64,000 nt of DNA. Source: Opitutales bacterium. Lineage in GTDB: Bacteria; Verrucomicrobiota; Verrucomicrobiia; Opitutales; UBA2987. Made by a program: the position numbers and the translations under genes. The notes beneath the pieces are model-generated. The model saw only the letters and a program-made list of their open reading frames with translations, was not told the origin of the DNA and did no database searches. Numbering within the stretch: position 1 is the first letter of the stretch; each line of letters starts with the position of its first letter. The stretch lies in assembly GCA_965226885.1 (NCBI GenBank), contig CBDDEL010000013.1, positions 98,480 to 162,479 on the forward strand, written 5' to 3'. Positions 39,583 to 50,878 of the stretch are shown piece by piece.

Positions 39583-40362
39583 TTAAGCGGCGGGGGTGGC
39601 CTTTTCTTTTTTCAGGGCCAGGAAAAACTCGATATTGCCACCGGCTCCGGTAATTAGGGATTCGGTGTGGGCCATTTCACGGCAATTGGGCAATTGTTGG
39701 GCGGCGAAATCCCGAATTTCCCGCAGCACACGCTCCCGAATTACAGGATCGCGGATAATGCCGCCCCCTTTGTCCGCTTCCTTTTTTTGGGCCTCGAATT
39801 GCGGTTTTACCAAAGCGATTAAATGGCCGCCCTCAGTCAAAAGAGGCCAGATGGCCGGAAGAACTTTACGCAGGGAAATAAAGGAAAGGTCGATCACGAT
39901 TAGGTCGTAATGCGGTCGGGGAAGGTTTTTCGCCTCGAGATAACGGGCGTTAACTTTTTCCAGCGAAGTTACTCGGGGATCCCGGCGAAGTTTATCGTGC
40001 AACTGGCCGCGGCCGACATCGACACAAACCGCGGTGGCGGCGCCCCGCTGTAGGAGGCAATCGGTAAATCCGCCGGTGGAAGCACCCACGTCGAGCACCG
40101 CCCGGCCTTTTACATCGAGTGGATATTGCTCGAGAAATCCTTCCAGTTTCTCACCGCCACGCCCGACAAAACGGGGTTGCTGGCGAAATGTCAGGGCGAT
40201 GTCTGCGGGCACCGATTTGCCCGGCTTGTCGAGGATGCCGTGGGCCTCGCGGACATTCCCCGCCATGATGAACGCGCGGGACTGCGAGCGGGTGGGGCAG
40301 ACACCCCGCTCCACCAGCAGCTCATCGAGCCGCAATTTCTTTTTTTTCTCCCGGGCTGCCAT
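39583..40362 (-). CDS. tlyA: TlyA-family rRNA 2'-O-methyltransferase
   Basis: S4-like [44 protein letters not shown]. Confidence 0.92.
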   Translation of the reverse strand: MAAREKKKKLRLDELLVERGVCPTRSQSRAFIMAGNVREAHGILDKPGKSVPADIALTFRQQPRFVGRGGEKLEGFLEQYPLDVKGRAVLDVGASTGGFTDCLLQRGAATAVCVDVGRGQLHDKLRRDPRVTSLEKVNARYLEAKNLPRPHYDLIVIDLSFISLRKVLPAIWPLLTEGGHLIALVKPQFEAQKKEADKGGGIIRDPVIRERVLREIRDFAAQQLPNCREMAHTESLITGAGGNIEFFLALKKEKATPAA

Positions 40363-40484
40363 AAAAACTTCGATTTCTCAATCCTCTCAGATTTCCGAAA
40401 TTAGCCGGAAGTAGGAAAAATAACACAAAATAAAGAAAAAATTAAATAATTATTGAAAATCAAGGCATTTATACTTGACCACTG

Positions 40485-40519
40485 TGGGGCAAAATGTCAG
40501 AAAATGTCAAATAATGGTG
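40485..40519 (+). promoter_or_regulatory. Possible MraZ-binding array upstream of the dcw operon
   Basis: Pentamers TGGGG/TGTCA/TGTCA/TGGTG at exact 10-bp spacing (40485, 40495, 40505, 40515), after TTGACC at 40475. Confidence 0.4.
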
Positions 40520-40550
40520 TATTCTCAATGGTGTATTCTCGATAAATAAA

Positions 40551-41000
40551 ATGAGCCATTGCGACACAGAGCCTTTCTACGTCGGCAACTACCGGCATCG
40601 GCTCGATGCCAAAAATCGAGTCACAATTCCTTCCAAATGGAGGTTTCGGGGTGACGATGCCGATATTTACTTGGCCTGGGCGCATCCAGACGGTTACGTG
40701 GCTGTATATCCGCCCCGGAAGGTGGAAGAATTTCGCCAGAAAATAAGAAATATCAGCGAAAGCGATCCGCGGGGCCAGAGAATATTGCGCCAGCTTTTCG
40801 GCCGTGCCCAACAATTCGGCTGCGACCGGCAGGGCAGAGTCAAGATACCCGACGACCTGGTGGAGAGAACCAGGCTGACTAAAGATGTGGCCCTGGTCGG
40901 CCTGGGGGAGACTTTTAACCTGTGGAGCGCCCAGCGTTACGAAGAAATGGAAAAGGAGGACTTCGATCTGCTGGCAGCCATGAGGGATTTTGGAATTTGA
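40551..41000 (+). CDS. mraZ: Division/cell wall cluster transcriptional repressor MraZ
   Basis: Two DxxGR-like repeats (DAKNRVTIP, DRQGRVKIP); first gene of the dcw cluster. Confidence 0.9.
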   Translation: MSHCDTEPFYVGNYRHRLDAKNRVTIPSKWRFRGDDADIYLAWAHPDGYVAVYPPRKVEEFRQKIRNISESDPRGQRILRQLFGRAQQFGCDRQGRVKIPDDLVERTRLTKDVALVGLGETFNLWSAQRYEEMEKEDFDLLAAMRDFGI

Positions 41001-41019
41001 TTTTATTCAGCCCCCTAAA

Positions 41020-41076
41020 CTAAACCACAATATCCGTGCTAAACCACAATATCCGTGCTAAACCACAATATCCGTG
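41020..41076. repeat. Perfect 19-bp tandem triplication between mraZ and rsmH
   Basis: CTAAACCACAATATCCGTG x3. Confidence 0.95.
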
Positions 41077-41079
41077 CCT

Positions 41080-41286
41080 ATGAAGTTGAACGATAAATTA
41101 AGAGCTAACGGGATACTTTACTCAGGCGATGTGCGTCATTATTCGGAGTGGAATTTAGGCAGTCCTAAATTCCACGACGGCAAACCGGAGCAATCTTACG
41201 ATTCGGCTCAATTCCTTCAAAAAACAACCAACAACCCCCTGTCCGTCTGCTGGAATACCTTTCTCAATGTCTTTCGTTCACATTGA
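41080..41286 (+). CDS. Small hypothetical ORF between mraZ and rsmH
   Basis: 68-aa ATG ORF co-oriented within the operon. Confidence 0.35.
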   Translation: MKLNDKLRANGILYSGDVRHYSEWNLGSPKFHDGKPEQSYDSAQFLQKTTNNPLSVCWNTFLNVFRSH

Positions 41287-41305
41287 TTTCCTCCATCCTA
41301 TCGCC

Positions 41306-42646
<1,341 letters not shown>

Positions 42647-42650
<4 letters not shown>

Positions 42651-44443
42651 ACAAAGCCTTCATATCCGCTTGGCGGCTCGGCCTGGTTGTCATGGTTGTC
42701 ATGGCGGCCTTTGGCGGGATTTTCGGTCGTCTGTATTACCTGCATGTCTGGGAAAGCAAGGAATTGCAGAAAATCGCTGAAAACAACCGGCGAAAGCTGG
42801 AAATAAAGCACTCCCGGAGGGGGAACATTGTCGACATCCGGGGAAATCTATTGGCTTCCACCCGAACCGTGGTGGAGGTGGGTTTGGATCCACAGGCGGT
42901 TGAGCTGGAGGATGAGCCCAAGCTTCCCTTGCTGGCCTTTTATACGGGAATGCCGCTGGAGCAATTGCGGGAGCGATTCAATAAAAAAACCGTTTCATCG
43001 GACAATGAGTATGGGCGCCAGGTTCGCTTGATTCGCTGGAGCAAGATAGCGGACGCAGTTTCCGAGGACACCTATAAAAAGATTCTGGCCTTGCAGATGG
43101 CTGGAGTTTACGGCAATCGAAAATACGAACGCGTCTATCCGGGGCGTGAATTAGCTGCCCACCTCATGGGATTCCTCAACAAGGAAGGCCAATCCGTAGG
43201 CGGGGTGGAGGCTTATCTCGATTTTTACCTGCGGGGTCAGGATGGCTGGTGGGAAACGGAAATGGACGGCCACAGGCAGGAAATGGCGCGGTTCCGGGCC
43301 CGGGAAGTCGAAGCGGTGGATGGCCTCAACGTGGAAATGACTATTGATATAGTCGTGCAGAACATCATCGAAATGGAGATTGCCAACCTGGTTCGAGAAT
43401 TTAACCCCCAATCGGCCACCATCCTGGTCAGCGAACCGGCCACCGGATTCATTCTCGGTTTGGCCAATTATCCCTCTTTCGATCCCAACGCCTTCTGGCT
43501 TTATCCTGTTGATAGCCATCGCAACCGGGCCGCCACCGATATTCTGGAACCCGGTTCCACCTTCAAGATTGTGGCCTCCAGCGCCGCCCTCAATGAAAAT
43601 CTGGTGACTCCTGAAAGTTTGTTTGATTGCGGGCGATCCAAGGCCGACTACCGAGGCCGTTTGATCAGCTTGCCGGAGGATTCCATTCCGCATGGAGTAA
43701 TGACTGTCCATGACATAGTTTCCAAGTCGAGCAATCGGGGAGCGGCTCAACTGGGCATGCTTCTGGGCGCGGAAAAACTTTATAATTATGCGCGCGCTTT
43801 CGGCTTTGGTGAAAAAAGCGGATTCAATCTCAGTCCCGAAACCAACGGCATGCTGCATGAAGTTTCCCTCTGGGACAGGCTCACCATCAGCCGTCTTCCC
43901 ATGGGCCACGCGGTCGGGGCAACGCCCCTGCAAATCCATTTCGCCATGTCAGTCATGGCTAACGGCGGAGTCCTCATGACCCCACGGGTGGCCCGGCGGG
44001 TTCTCGACCAAGAAGGACGTACCGTGGTCAGTTTTCCCCCTCGGGCCAAACGCCGGGTGGTGCGCGCGAGCACGGCCCGCACCATGGCCGGTTTTTTAAC
44101 CGACGCGGTCGGAATCGGAGGCACCGCTCCCCGCGCCGCCATTGCCGGTTATGAGGTCGCCGGAAAGACCGGGACAACGCAAAAAGTGATCGATGGAGAA
44201 TATTCGCACAGCCACCATGTGGCAACATTCAGCGGTTTTTTTCCAGCTTCCCGTCCGCAATTGGTTATCACTGTGATTGTTGACGATCCCGAGTTACCCG
44301 GCACCGCTTACGGCGGGCGGGTGGCTGCGCCCGTATTCAAAAACGTGGCCAAACAGCTCATTCCCTACCTGGCCATTCAACCGCCATCTCCAATTGGAGA
44401 AACCCTCGCCTTCAAGGAAAAGACCCATGCCCGAAGTTTTTAG
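42647..44443 (+). CDS. ftsI: Penicillin-binding protein FtsI/PBP3
   Basis: RRGNIVD, EPGSTFK (SxxK), SSN (SxN), GKTGT. Confidence 0.93.
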
Positions 44444-46016
44444 CGATTTAACTTTTTCCTCCTCTCCATCAGGCCTTCTTATGGCCGACCAGCAGGAAAA
44501 TAACTCTGGTAACTTGATTTCATCCCAATCGATGAAGCCGACTCTTGAAAAACTGTTTCATGGCATCCCCATTAAGGCTCAATGGGGCGATGGCGGCTGC
44601 CTGGTGAAAAGCATCGCCACGGATAGCCGCCGGGTCGTTCCTGGAGCCCTATTCTTCGCCCTCCCGGGTCTCAAAACGGATGGCAACAGTTTTATCCAGG
44701 AGGCCATCGAAAGAGGGGCCGGGGCCATTGTTTCAACCCATCCATCCACCCGTCGGGAGGAGTTTTGTTTCATACAGGTTGATGATATCGGCGGGGTTCT
44801 GGCCCGAATTGCGGGCAGGTTTTTTCAACATCCCGAACGCCATCTTGAGATGGCTGGGATAACCGGCACCAACGGCAAAACTACCGTAACCCATCTGGTC
44901 CACTATTTTTTAACCGTCGCCGGACTGCCTTCGGGAATGCTGGGCACGTTGAAATATGATTTGGGCGGTCGGACCTTGCCGGCCGGGCGGACAACCCCCG
45001 AATCGCCCGAAATTTACTCCATGCTGGCGAAAATGCGCAATTATGGGTGCCGCCGGGCTGTCATGGAAGTGAGCTCACACGGTCTTCATCAACGGCGGGT
45101 GGAAGGGCTTCCCTACAAGATCGCCGCCTTTTTAAACCTGACCCAGGACCATATCAATTACCACTCCACCATGGAGGCCTATTTTGAGGTCAAAGCGGGG
45201 CTATTTACTGGTCGGACCGGCCATATTCCGCAAATTGCCGTAGTCAATGTCAATGATCCCTTCGGGCGGCGGCTGGCGAAAAAAATTCCCACTGGTAGCC
45301 AGTTGATCACTTTCGGGGAGAGCCCCCGGGCCGATTATTGCGCCGTCAACCTGAATTTGAAAGCGGATGGAACCGCATTTAATCTAGAATGGGAAAACGA
45401 AACCATGCCGGTGGTTTCCCCGTTGTTGGGCCGCTATAATGTAAGCAATCTATTGGCCGCACTTGCCATTGGCCGCCACCTCGGTTGCGACCTTCCAAAA
45501 ATGATCGAGTGTTTGCGGGATTTCGGCGGGGTTCCCGGCCGCATGGAAAAGGTAGACGCCGGGCAGCCTTTCAATGTGCTGGTTGATTACGCCCACACCG
45601 ACGATGCTTTGAAAAACGCCTTCGATATGCTGCGCCCTATTACGGCAAGAAGATTGCTGGCTGTTTTTGGTTGCGGTGGCGATCGCGACAGAAAGAAACG
45701 ACCGCTCATGACGCAGGCGGTGATGGATCGTTGCGATTTTTGCTGGGCAACCTCTGACAATCCCCGCAGCGAATCCCCCGAAGCCATTTTCGAGGACATG
45801 AAGCCTGGCGTTATTGACCCCAGCGGCATCGAATTCGTGGAAGGGCGCAGGCGCGCCATCAGCCTGGCTCTGGACAATTGTAACCCCGGAGACTGTTTGC
45901 TGATCGCTGGCAAAGGCCACGAAACCTGCCAGGAAATCGCCGGATCGGTGCTGCCTTTCGACGACCGCCTGGTGGCCCTTGAACTTTTACAAAATAAAAG
46001 ACTGATACAATCCTGA
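44427..46016 (+). CDS. murE: UDP-MurNAc-tripeptide synthetase MurE (meso-DAP type)
   Basis: GITGTNGKTT, MEVSSH, DYAHT, DNPR motif; start uncertain (44427 or 44532). Confidence 0.93.
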   Translation: MPEVFSDLTFSSSPSGLLMADQQENNSGNLISSQSMKPTLEKLFHGIPIKAQWGDGGCLVKSIATDSRRVVPGALFFALPGLKTDGNSFIQEAIERGAGAIVSTHPSTRREEFCFIQVDDIGGVLARIAGRFFQHPERHLEMAGITGTNGKTTVTHLVHYFLTVAGLPSGMLGTLKYDLGGRTLPAGRTTPESPEIYSMLAKMRNYGCRRAVMEVSSHGLHQRRVEGLPYKIAAFLNLTQDHINYHSTMEAYFEVKAGLFTGRTGHIPQIAVVNVNDPFGRRLAKKIPTGSQLITFGESPRADYCAVNLNLKADGTAFNLEWENETMPVVSPLLGRYNVSNLLAALAIGRHLGCDLPKMIECLRDFGGVPGRMEKVDAGQPFNVLVDYAHTDDALKNAFDMLRPITARRLLAVFGCGGDRDRKKRPLMTQAVMDRCDFCWATSDNPRSESPEAIFEDMKPGVIDPSGIEFVEGRRRAISLALDNCNPGDCLLIAGKGHETCQEIAGSVLPFDDRLVALELLQNKRLIQS

Positions 46017-46029
46017 ACCCAATCGAGCC

Positions 46030-47451
46030 ATGCCTGAATACGATTCGAGACAATTAAGCGAGTGGGCCCAGTCCAAATGGAGGGGCAAAGTCTCTCGGAC
46101 CATCACCGGATTTTCCATTGACACCCGCAACCTGCAGCCGGGCGAATTGTTTGTTGCCCTTAAAACGCCGCGCAGGGACGGGCACGATTTTCTTGAATAC
46201 GCCACACAGCGCGGGGCATCGGGGGCGATTGTTTCCAGAATCAACACCAGCATACGGCTGCCGCAGTTGCTGGTGGACGATCCCCTCGATGCCTTGCAAT
46301 CTATCGCCGCCAAATGGCGGCAGCAATTCGATGGACCGGTCATCGGTGTCACCGGCACGGTGGGCAAAACTTCCACCGTGGAGCTGCTCGCTCTTCTGCT
46401 GGGAGAGGACGGAGTGCACCGCACGGAAGGCAATTTTAACAACCAGATCGGAGTGCCCTTGTCCCTGCTTGCGATTTTTCCGGACAGGCATCGTTGCGCC
46501 GTGGTGGAAGCCGGTTCCAGCGCTCCCGGAGAACTGGAGGTTCTGGCCAAAATCATTGATGCCACGGCCAGCCTCATAACCGGTATTACCCCCACCCATC
46601 TTGAGGGTTTCGGTACGGTCGAGCAGATTGCGCGCGAAAAGTCCTATCTCGGCTGTTATACGCGGCCGGACGGAACCGTTATTTTCCCTCATTATTGCAC
46701 CCAATATTCCAGTTTCGATAATTTTCCCGCTACATCTATTATCCTGGCGCCTGAAAATACATCGGGGCCGATCAATCTGCCCGCTTCCCAAGTGGTTTTC
46801 TGGAATGAAAATCGGGGCAGCCGGTCGGCCCGGGGCTGCCGCTTGACACTCAAGAAATTCCCCGAAGGAGAAAAGCATTTCGAATTGCCCCCGGTCAGTC
46901 CGGGGATGGTCTGCAATGCCGCTCTGGCCATTGTTATGGCGGAACAAATGGGGGTCGGCGACGAGAGCATTCAGGAAAGGCTCAACCGTTGGCGGCCGGC
47001 CCGCCTGCGCGGTGAAATCATCCAGTATGGAAAGACCCTCTATTACGTCGATTGTTACAACGCCAGCCCCGCTTCCATGGTCGATGCCTTCGCCTCCTTC
47101 GAACTCAATATGCCGCCCGAATTGGCGCGTCGCTATGTGCTCGGCTGCATGGCGGAATTGGGCGAGCAATCCCCCAATTTGCATATCGAGGTCGGCGAAC
47201 AGCTGAAATTGCGCCCGCAGGACAAAGTCATGATTTGCGGAACGGACGCATCCAGCTTACGCCAGGGTCTACTATACGCCGGCAACAGTGAGGATCAGGT
47301 TGTCATACTGGAATCTCCAGAAGACGCCCACGAAGAATTGGCCGGTTTCGACGGCGCCGTGCTTCTTAAGGGGAGCCGCACTTATCAACTGGAAAACCTC
47401 CTACCCGGCACGGAACTTAATCTGGAGATTGAAAATAGAGAAGCATGTTGA
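46030..47451 (+). CDS. murF: UDP-MurNAc-pentapeptide ligase MurF
   Basis: FSIDTR, GVTGTVGKTS, GNFNNQIGVP, DCYNASP, LLKGSR. Confidence 0.92.
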   Translation: MPEYDSRQLSEWAQSKWRGKVSRTITGFSIDTRNLQPGELFVALKTPRRDGHDFLEYATQRGASGAIVSRINTSIRLPQLLVDDPLDALQSIAAKWRQQFDGPVIGVTGTVGKTSTVELLALLLGEDGVHRTEGNFNNQIGVPLSLLAIFPDRHRCAVVEAGSSAPGELEVLAKIIDATASLITGITPTHLEGFGTVEQIAREKSYLGCYTRPDGTVIFPHYCTQYSSFDNFPATSIILAPENTSGPINLPASQVVFWNENRGSRSARGCRLTLKKFPEGEKHFELPPVSPGMVCNAALAIVMAEQMGVGDESIQERLNRWRPARLRGEIIQYGKTLYYVDCYNASPASMVDAFASFELNMPPELARRYVLGCMAELGEQSPNLHIEVGEQLKLRPQDKVMICGTDASSLRQGLLYAGNSEDQVVILESPEDAHEELAGFDGAVLLKGSRTYQLENLLPGTELNLEIENREAC

Positions 47452-48545
47452 GCTATCTGGCAGAGCTGGAAGAATGGTTCGGACCGTTTCGTCTTTTTAG
47501 TTATATCACATTGCGCAGTGTTTTGGCCGCGGGAACCGCCCTCCTACTCGGCTTTGCCCTGGCTCCCTGGCTGCTGAGGAAATTGCGTGCCTTCAATATT
47601 TCCCAAATTCTTCGGGAAACCTCAGAAGTGGGTGATCTCGCTGCCCTTCACGCCGGAAAAGAAGGCACCCCGACCATGGGTGGGTTTCTCATATTCGGGT
47701 CTATTATGGTCAGCTCATTTCTTTGGGCCCGGCCCAATATCTACGTCCTCACGGCGCTCTTTGCCTACACTGCTCTAACCATTCTTGGATTTGCCGACGA
47801 TTACCTCAAAATTACACGCAAAAGCAGCGGCGGTCTTTCCAGCAGGGCCAAACTGTTCTGGCAGATGGCAGTCACTTTTGCCGTCCTCGCAGCCTTGCTC
47901 TTAAACGGCCAGTCCAACCTTCTAATGACGGAATTGTGGGTTCCCTTTGTCAAGGATCCCTTGATTCAGACGATGCCCCTCTGGTTCCTCGCGATTTTTC
48001 TTTTTCTCATCCTGGCTGGTTCCAGCAATGCCATCAACCTGACCGACGGGATCGACGGGCTGGCCATCGGATGCACCGTTACTGTGGCCCTGGTATACGG
48101 CATCATGGCTTATGCGGCGGGCCATTTAATCATTTCCGATTACCTGCTTATCAGCAATGTGCCCGGGTCGGGAGAACTGGCCGTCATCTGCGCTGCCATG
48201 GTCGGCGCCAGTCTGGCCTTTTTATGGTACAACGCCTACCCGGCCGAGGTCTTTATGGGCGACACTGGCTCGCTCGGCCTGGGCGGGTTGATTGGAATCA
48301 TCGCATTTATGATTCACCAACCCCTCACCCTGATCATCGTGGGTGGTATTTTTGTCATGGAGGCCCTGTCAGTAATCGTTCAGGTCGTGTCATACAAGAC
48401 CCGTGGCAAGAGGGTCTTCCGCATGGCACCCATTCATCATCATTTTGAACTTAAAGGCTGGGCCGAAGCCAAAGTGGTAATAAGATTTTGGATATTGTCT
48501 TTGATTTTTGCCATTAGTGGTTTAGCAACATTAAAACTTCGTTGA
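47445..48545 (+). CDS. mraY: Phospho-MurNAc-pentapeptide transferase MraY
   Basis: GTPTMGG, NLTDGIDGL, FMGDTGSL, MAPIHHHFE. Confidence 0.96.
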   Translation: MLSYLAELEEWFGPFRLFSYITLRSVLAAGTALLLGFALAPWLLRKLRAFNISQILRETSEVGDLAALHAGKEGTPTMGGFLIFGSIMVSSFLWARPNIYVLTALFAYTALTILGFADDYLKITRKSSGGLSSRAKLFWQMAVTFAVLAALLLNGQSNLLMTELWVPFVKDPLIQTMPLWFLAIFLFLILAGSSNAINLTDGIDGLAIGCTVTVALVYGIMAYAAGHLIISDYLLISNVPGSGELAVICAAMVGASLAFLWYNAYPAEVFMGDTGSLGLGGLIGIIAFMIHQPLTLIIVGGIFVMEALSVIVQVVSYKTRGKRVFRMAPIHHHFELKGWAEAKVVIRFWILSLIFAISGLATLKLR

Positions 48546-49858
48546 ATCAAACTCACACATTGAAAACAGTTGCGCATAAATTCCTCGCAACCATAAGGCA
48601 GCCAGTGGCCGTATTGGGCGCCGGAGTGAGTGGAAAAGCTACCCAAGGCCTTCTGCGGCGATTGGGGTTGCCCTCCGTATTGTATGACCAACGCCCGGTC
48701 GAGGGAGCGAGGGGTGATTTTGGCCATGAACAGACCCGGAGCCATCGCCTGATTATTTACAGCCCCGGTTTTGCGCCCGACCACCCGTGGCTGCAAATGG
48801 CCCGGTCCGCTGGTTGTCTCTGTTTAGGCGAAATCGATTTCGCCTCACTGTTTTTCCACGGAGAGGTCATTGCCATAACGGGAACCAACGGTAAGACAAC
48901 CTTGACCGAATTTCTGGCGGAGGCCTATCATAAAAACGGCCGCCGGGCCTTTGCGGTGGGCAATAACGGTCGCCCGCTGGCAACTGTGGCGGGGAGGAAA
49001 AATACCGAAAACAAACTGGCCGTATGCGAAGTAAGTTCGTTCCAGTCGGAGACTTTGCGTCATTTTCGCTGCAACGCTCTTCTGTGGTCCAATTTTCAGG
49101 AAGATCATCTCGACCGCCATTCATCCCTGGAAGGTTATTTCAAGGCCAAGTGGAACCTGGTCAATCGAATCGTGCGGGAAGATTCAGTTTTTGTGGCGGG
49201 GGAGAGCGTTTTTTCCGCCGCAAGGCGCTATGGATTTGAGTTGCCGCCGAGTGCTTCCATGGTTGAGGAAAAAGGAGAATCCTCCTGGCCCTTGCCGGTT
49301 GCATCCGCCTTCGCAGCCCCGCCCCAAGCCGCTAATTTAAGATTGGCCCGGCGATTCTGGAAACTTAAAGGACATCCGGAAAATGTTCTCAAGAATAGCA
49401 CCGCTTCTTTTCCTGCCCGAAGGCACCGCTTAAACCACGTTTGCAAAATCCGCGGCGTATCTTTCTGGAATGATTCCAAGGCCACTAATTTTGCCTCCGC
49501 CCAGGCGGCTCTGGAATCATTTTCCGGTCCTGTCCATTGGATCGGCGGGGGCTGGAACGGCGGCGGCGCTTTGATTGCATTTGCACGCCATATGGCTCGG
49601 AAAACAAGAACTGCCTATCTCATCGGCGACACCGCGCAAACCATCGCTGGGGAATTCAGCCGGGTATGTTCTGCGGCCCGCGTCTGCCGTAACCTGAAAG
49701 AAGCTGTGGCCGAAGCCATGCGGGCCGCCCGGCCGGGAGAATCTATCCTGTTCAGCCCTGGCTTTTCCAGCTTCGACATGTTCAAAAATTATGCCCATCG
49801 AGGAAAATGCTTTGAAAAAACCGTTTTGGGTTTGAAGAAAATTCACCCAGGTTTTTAA
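48542..49858 (+). CDS. murD: UDP-MurNAc-L-Ala:D-Glu ligase MurD
   Basis: LGAGVSG, ITGTNGKTT, EVSSFQ, EDHLDRH, NDSKATN, SFDMFKNYAHRG. Confidence 0.92.
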   Translation: MNQTHTLKTVAHKFLATIRQPVAVLGAGVSGKATQGLLRRLGLPSVLYDQRPVEGARGDFGHEQTRSHRLIIYSPGFAPDHPWLQMARSAGCLCLGEIDFASLFFHGEVIAITGTNGKTTLTEFLAEAYHKNGRRAFAVGNNGRPLATVAGRKNTENKLAVCEVSSFQSETLRHFRCNALLWSNFQEDHLDRHSSLEGYFKAKWNLVNRIVREDSVFVAGESVFSAARRYGFELPPSASMVEEKGESSWPLPVASAFAAPPQAANLRLARRFWKLKGHPENVLKNSTASFPARRHRLNHVCKIRGVSFWNDSKATNFASAQAALESFSGPVHWIGGGWNGGGALIAFARHMARKTRTAYLIGDTAQTIAGEFSRVCSAARVCRNLKEAVAEAMRAARPGESILFSPGFSSFDMFKNYAHRGKCFEKTVLGLKKIHPGF

Positions 49859-49886
49859 TTTCTCTATCACCTCCATCCGCACACCA

Positions 49887-50813
49887 ATGAAATTAATAAA
49901 AATCTTTGCCCTGGTCTTGAGCCTGCACCTACTCGCCATCTGTTTTCTCTTTGTTTTGCCCGGTTGCGCCACAACCGACAAGGAGTCTGCCGAGGCTGCC
50001 TCCAACGAAACTTCCACCCTTGGAACCGAAAGCGGCGATAGGGCCGCTCCACCCGCCGGAAGGGAGCTTCATCCGGATTTTAATGCCGGTTTGACCGATG
50101 CCGCTGAACCCACTGCCAGCCCACCCGCCGGAAGATACCCGCCCACCAGGCCCAGTTGGGATTTCCAGAGCGATACGACTGATGAACCTCCTCAGGAAAT
50201 TCTCAAACCGGCCCCAAAAACGCCGGAACCCGCTTATTCATCCAAACAAGAAGATGAGAAGGGTATCTTGATGCACTCAGTTCAATCCGGCGATACGTTG
50301 AGCCGAATTGCCCGAAAATACGGAACCACGGTGGCGGAACTGAAAAGAGCCAACGCTCTGGAAAGCGACCTCATTCGGATAGGCGATACCCTCATAATAT
50401 TGGGAGGCTCAGCCCCTCAGCGAAAAGGGCCGCCGCCCGCGGCCGCTCCTGCGAAAAAGAAATCGACCGCATTGGGTGAAGCTGTCCACATTGTGGTTTC
50501 GGGAGATACTCCCAGTGCAATAGCGCGCCAATACGGCATGAGCGCGAGAGACCTCATGGAAATTAACCATATTTCCGACCCGACAAAACTGCAGATTGGC
50601 CAAAGGCTCCTTGTCCACAAAACCGGGGGAGCGCCCGCCACCACTCCTCGATCCGCTTCGGCCATTCGTTATGATGCGGTGGAGGACAGTTCAACTCCTA
50701 TTCCGGCTGACACTATGGACGAGCCTGAGCGCTCCCTTTTCGATGAGGAGGAAGACATCCCCGTCATCCCTCTGGACAACGATGAAGGCGTGGGGCAAGG
50801 CTCCACCGATTAA
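49887..50813 (+). CDS. Exported protein (putative lipoprotein) with two LysM domains
   Basis: Signal ending LPGC; HSVQSGDTLSRIARKYG and HIVVSGDTPSAIARQYG. Confidence 0.88.
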   Translation: MKLIKIFALVLSLHLLAICFLFVLPGCATTDKESAEAASNETSTLGTESGDRAAPPAGRELHPDFNAGLTDAAEPTASPPAGRYPPTRPSWDFQSDTTDEPPQEILKPAPKTPEPAYSSKQEDEKGILMHSVQSGDTLSRIARKYGTTVAELKRANALESDLIRIGDTLIILGGSAPQRKGPPPAAAPAKKKSTALGEAVHIVVSGDTPSAIARQYGMSARDLMEINHISDPTKLQIGQRLLVHKTGGAPATTPRSASAIRYDAVEDSSTPIPADTMDEPERSLFDEEEDIPVIPLDNDEGVGQGSTD

Positions 50814-50878
50814 CCTCAATATTTTATTGGCCGGAGCCCCTCATTTACCATCTGTAAAAATTAACATTCTAAATAAAC

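Noticed and set aside
41020-41076. Possible CRISPR array
   Set aside because: The repeats are directly adjacent with no spacers, are only 19 bp long, and no cas genes are present in the window.
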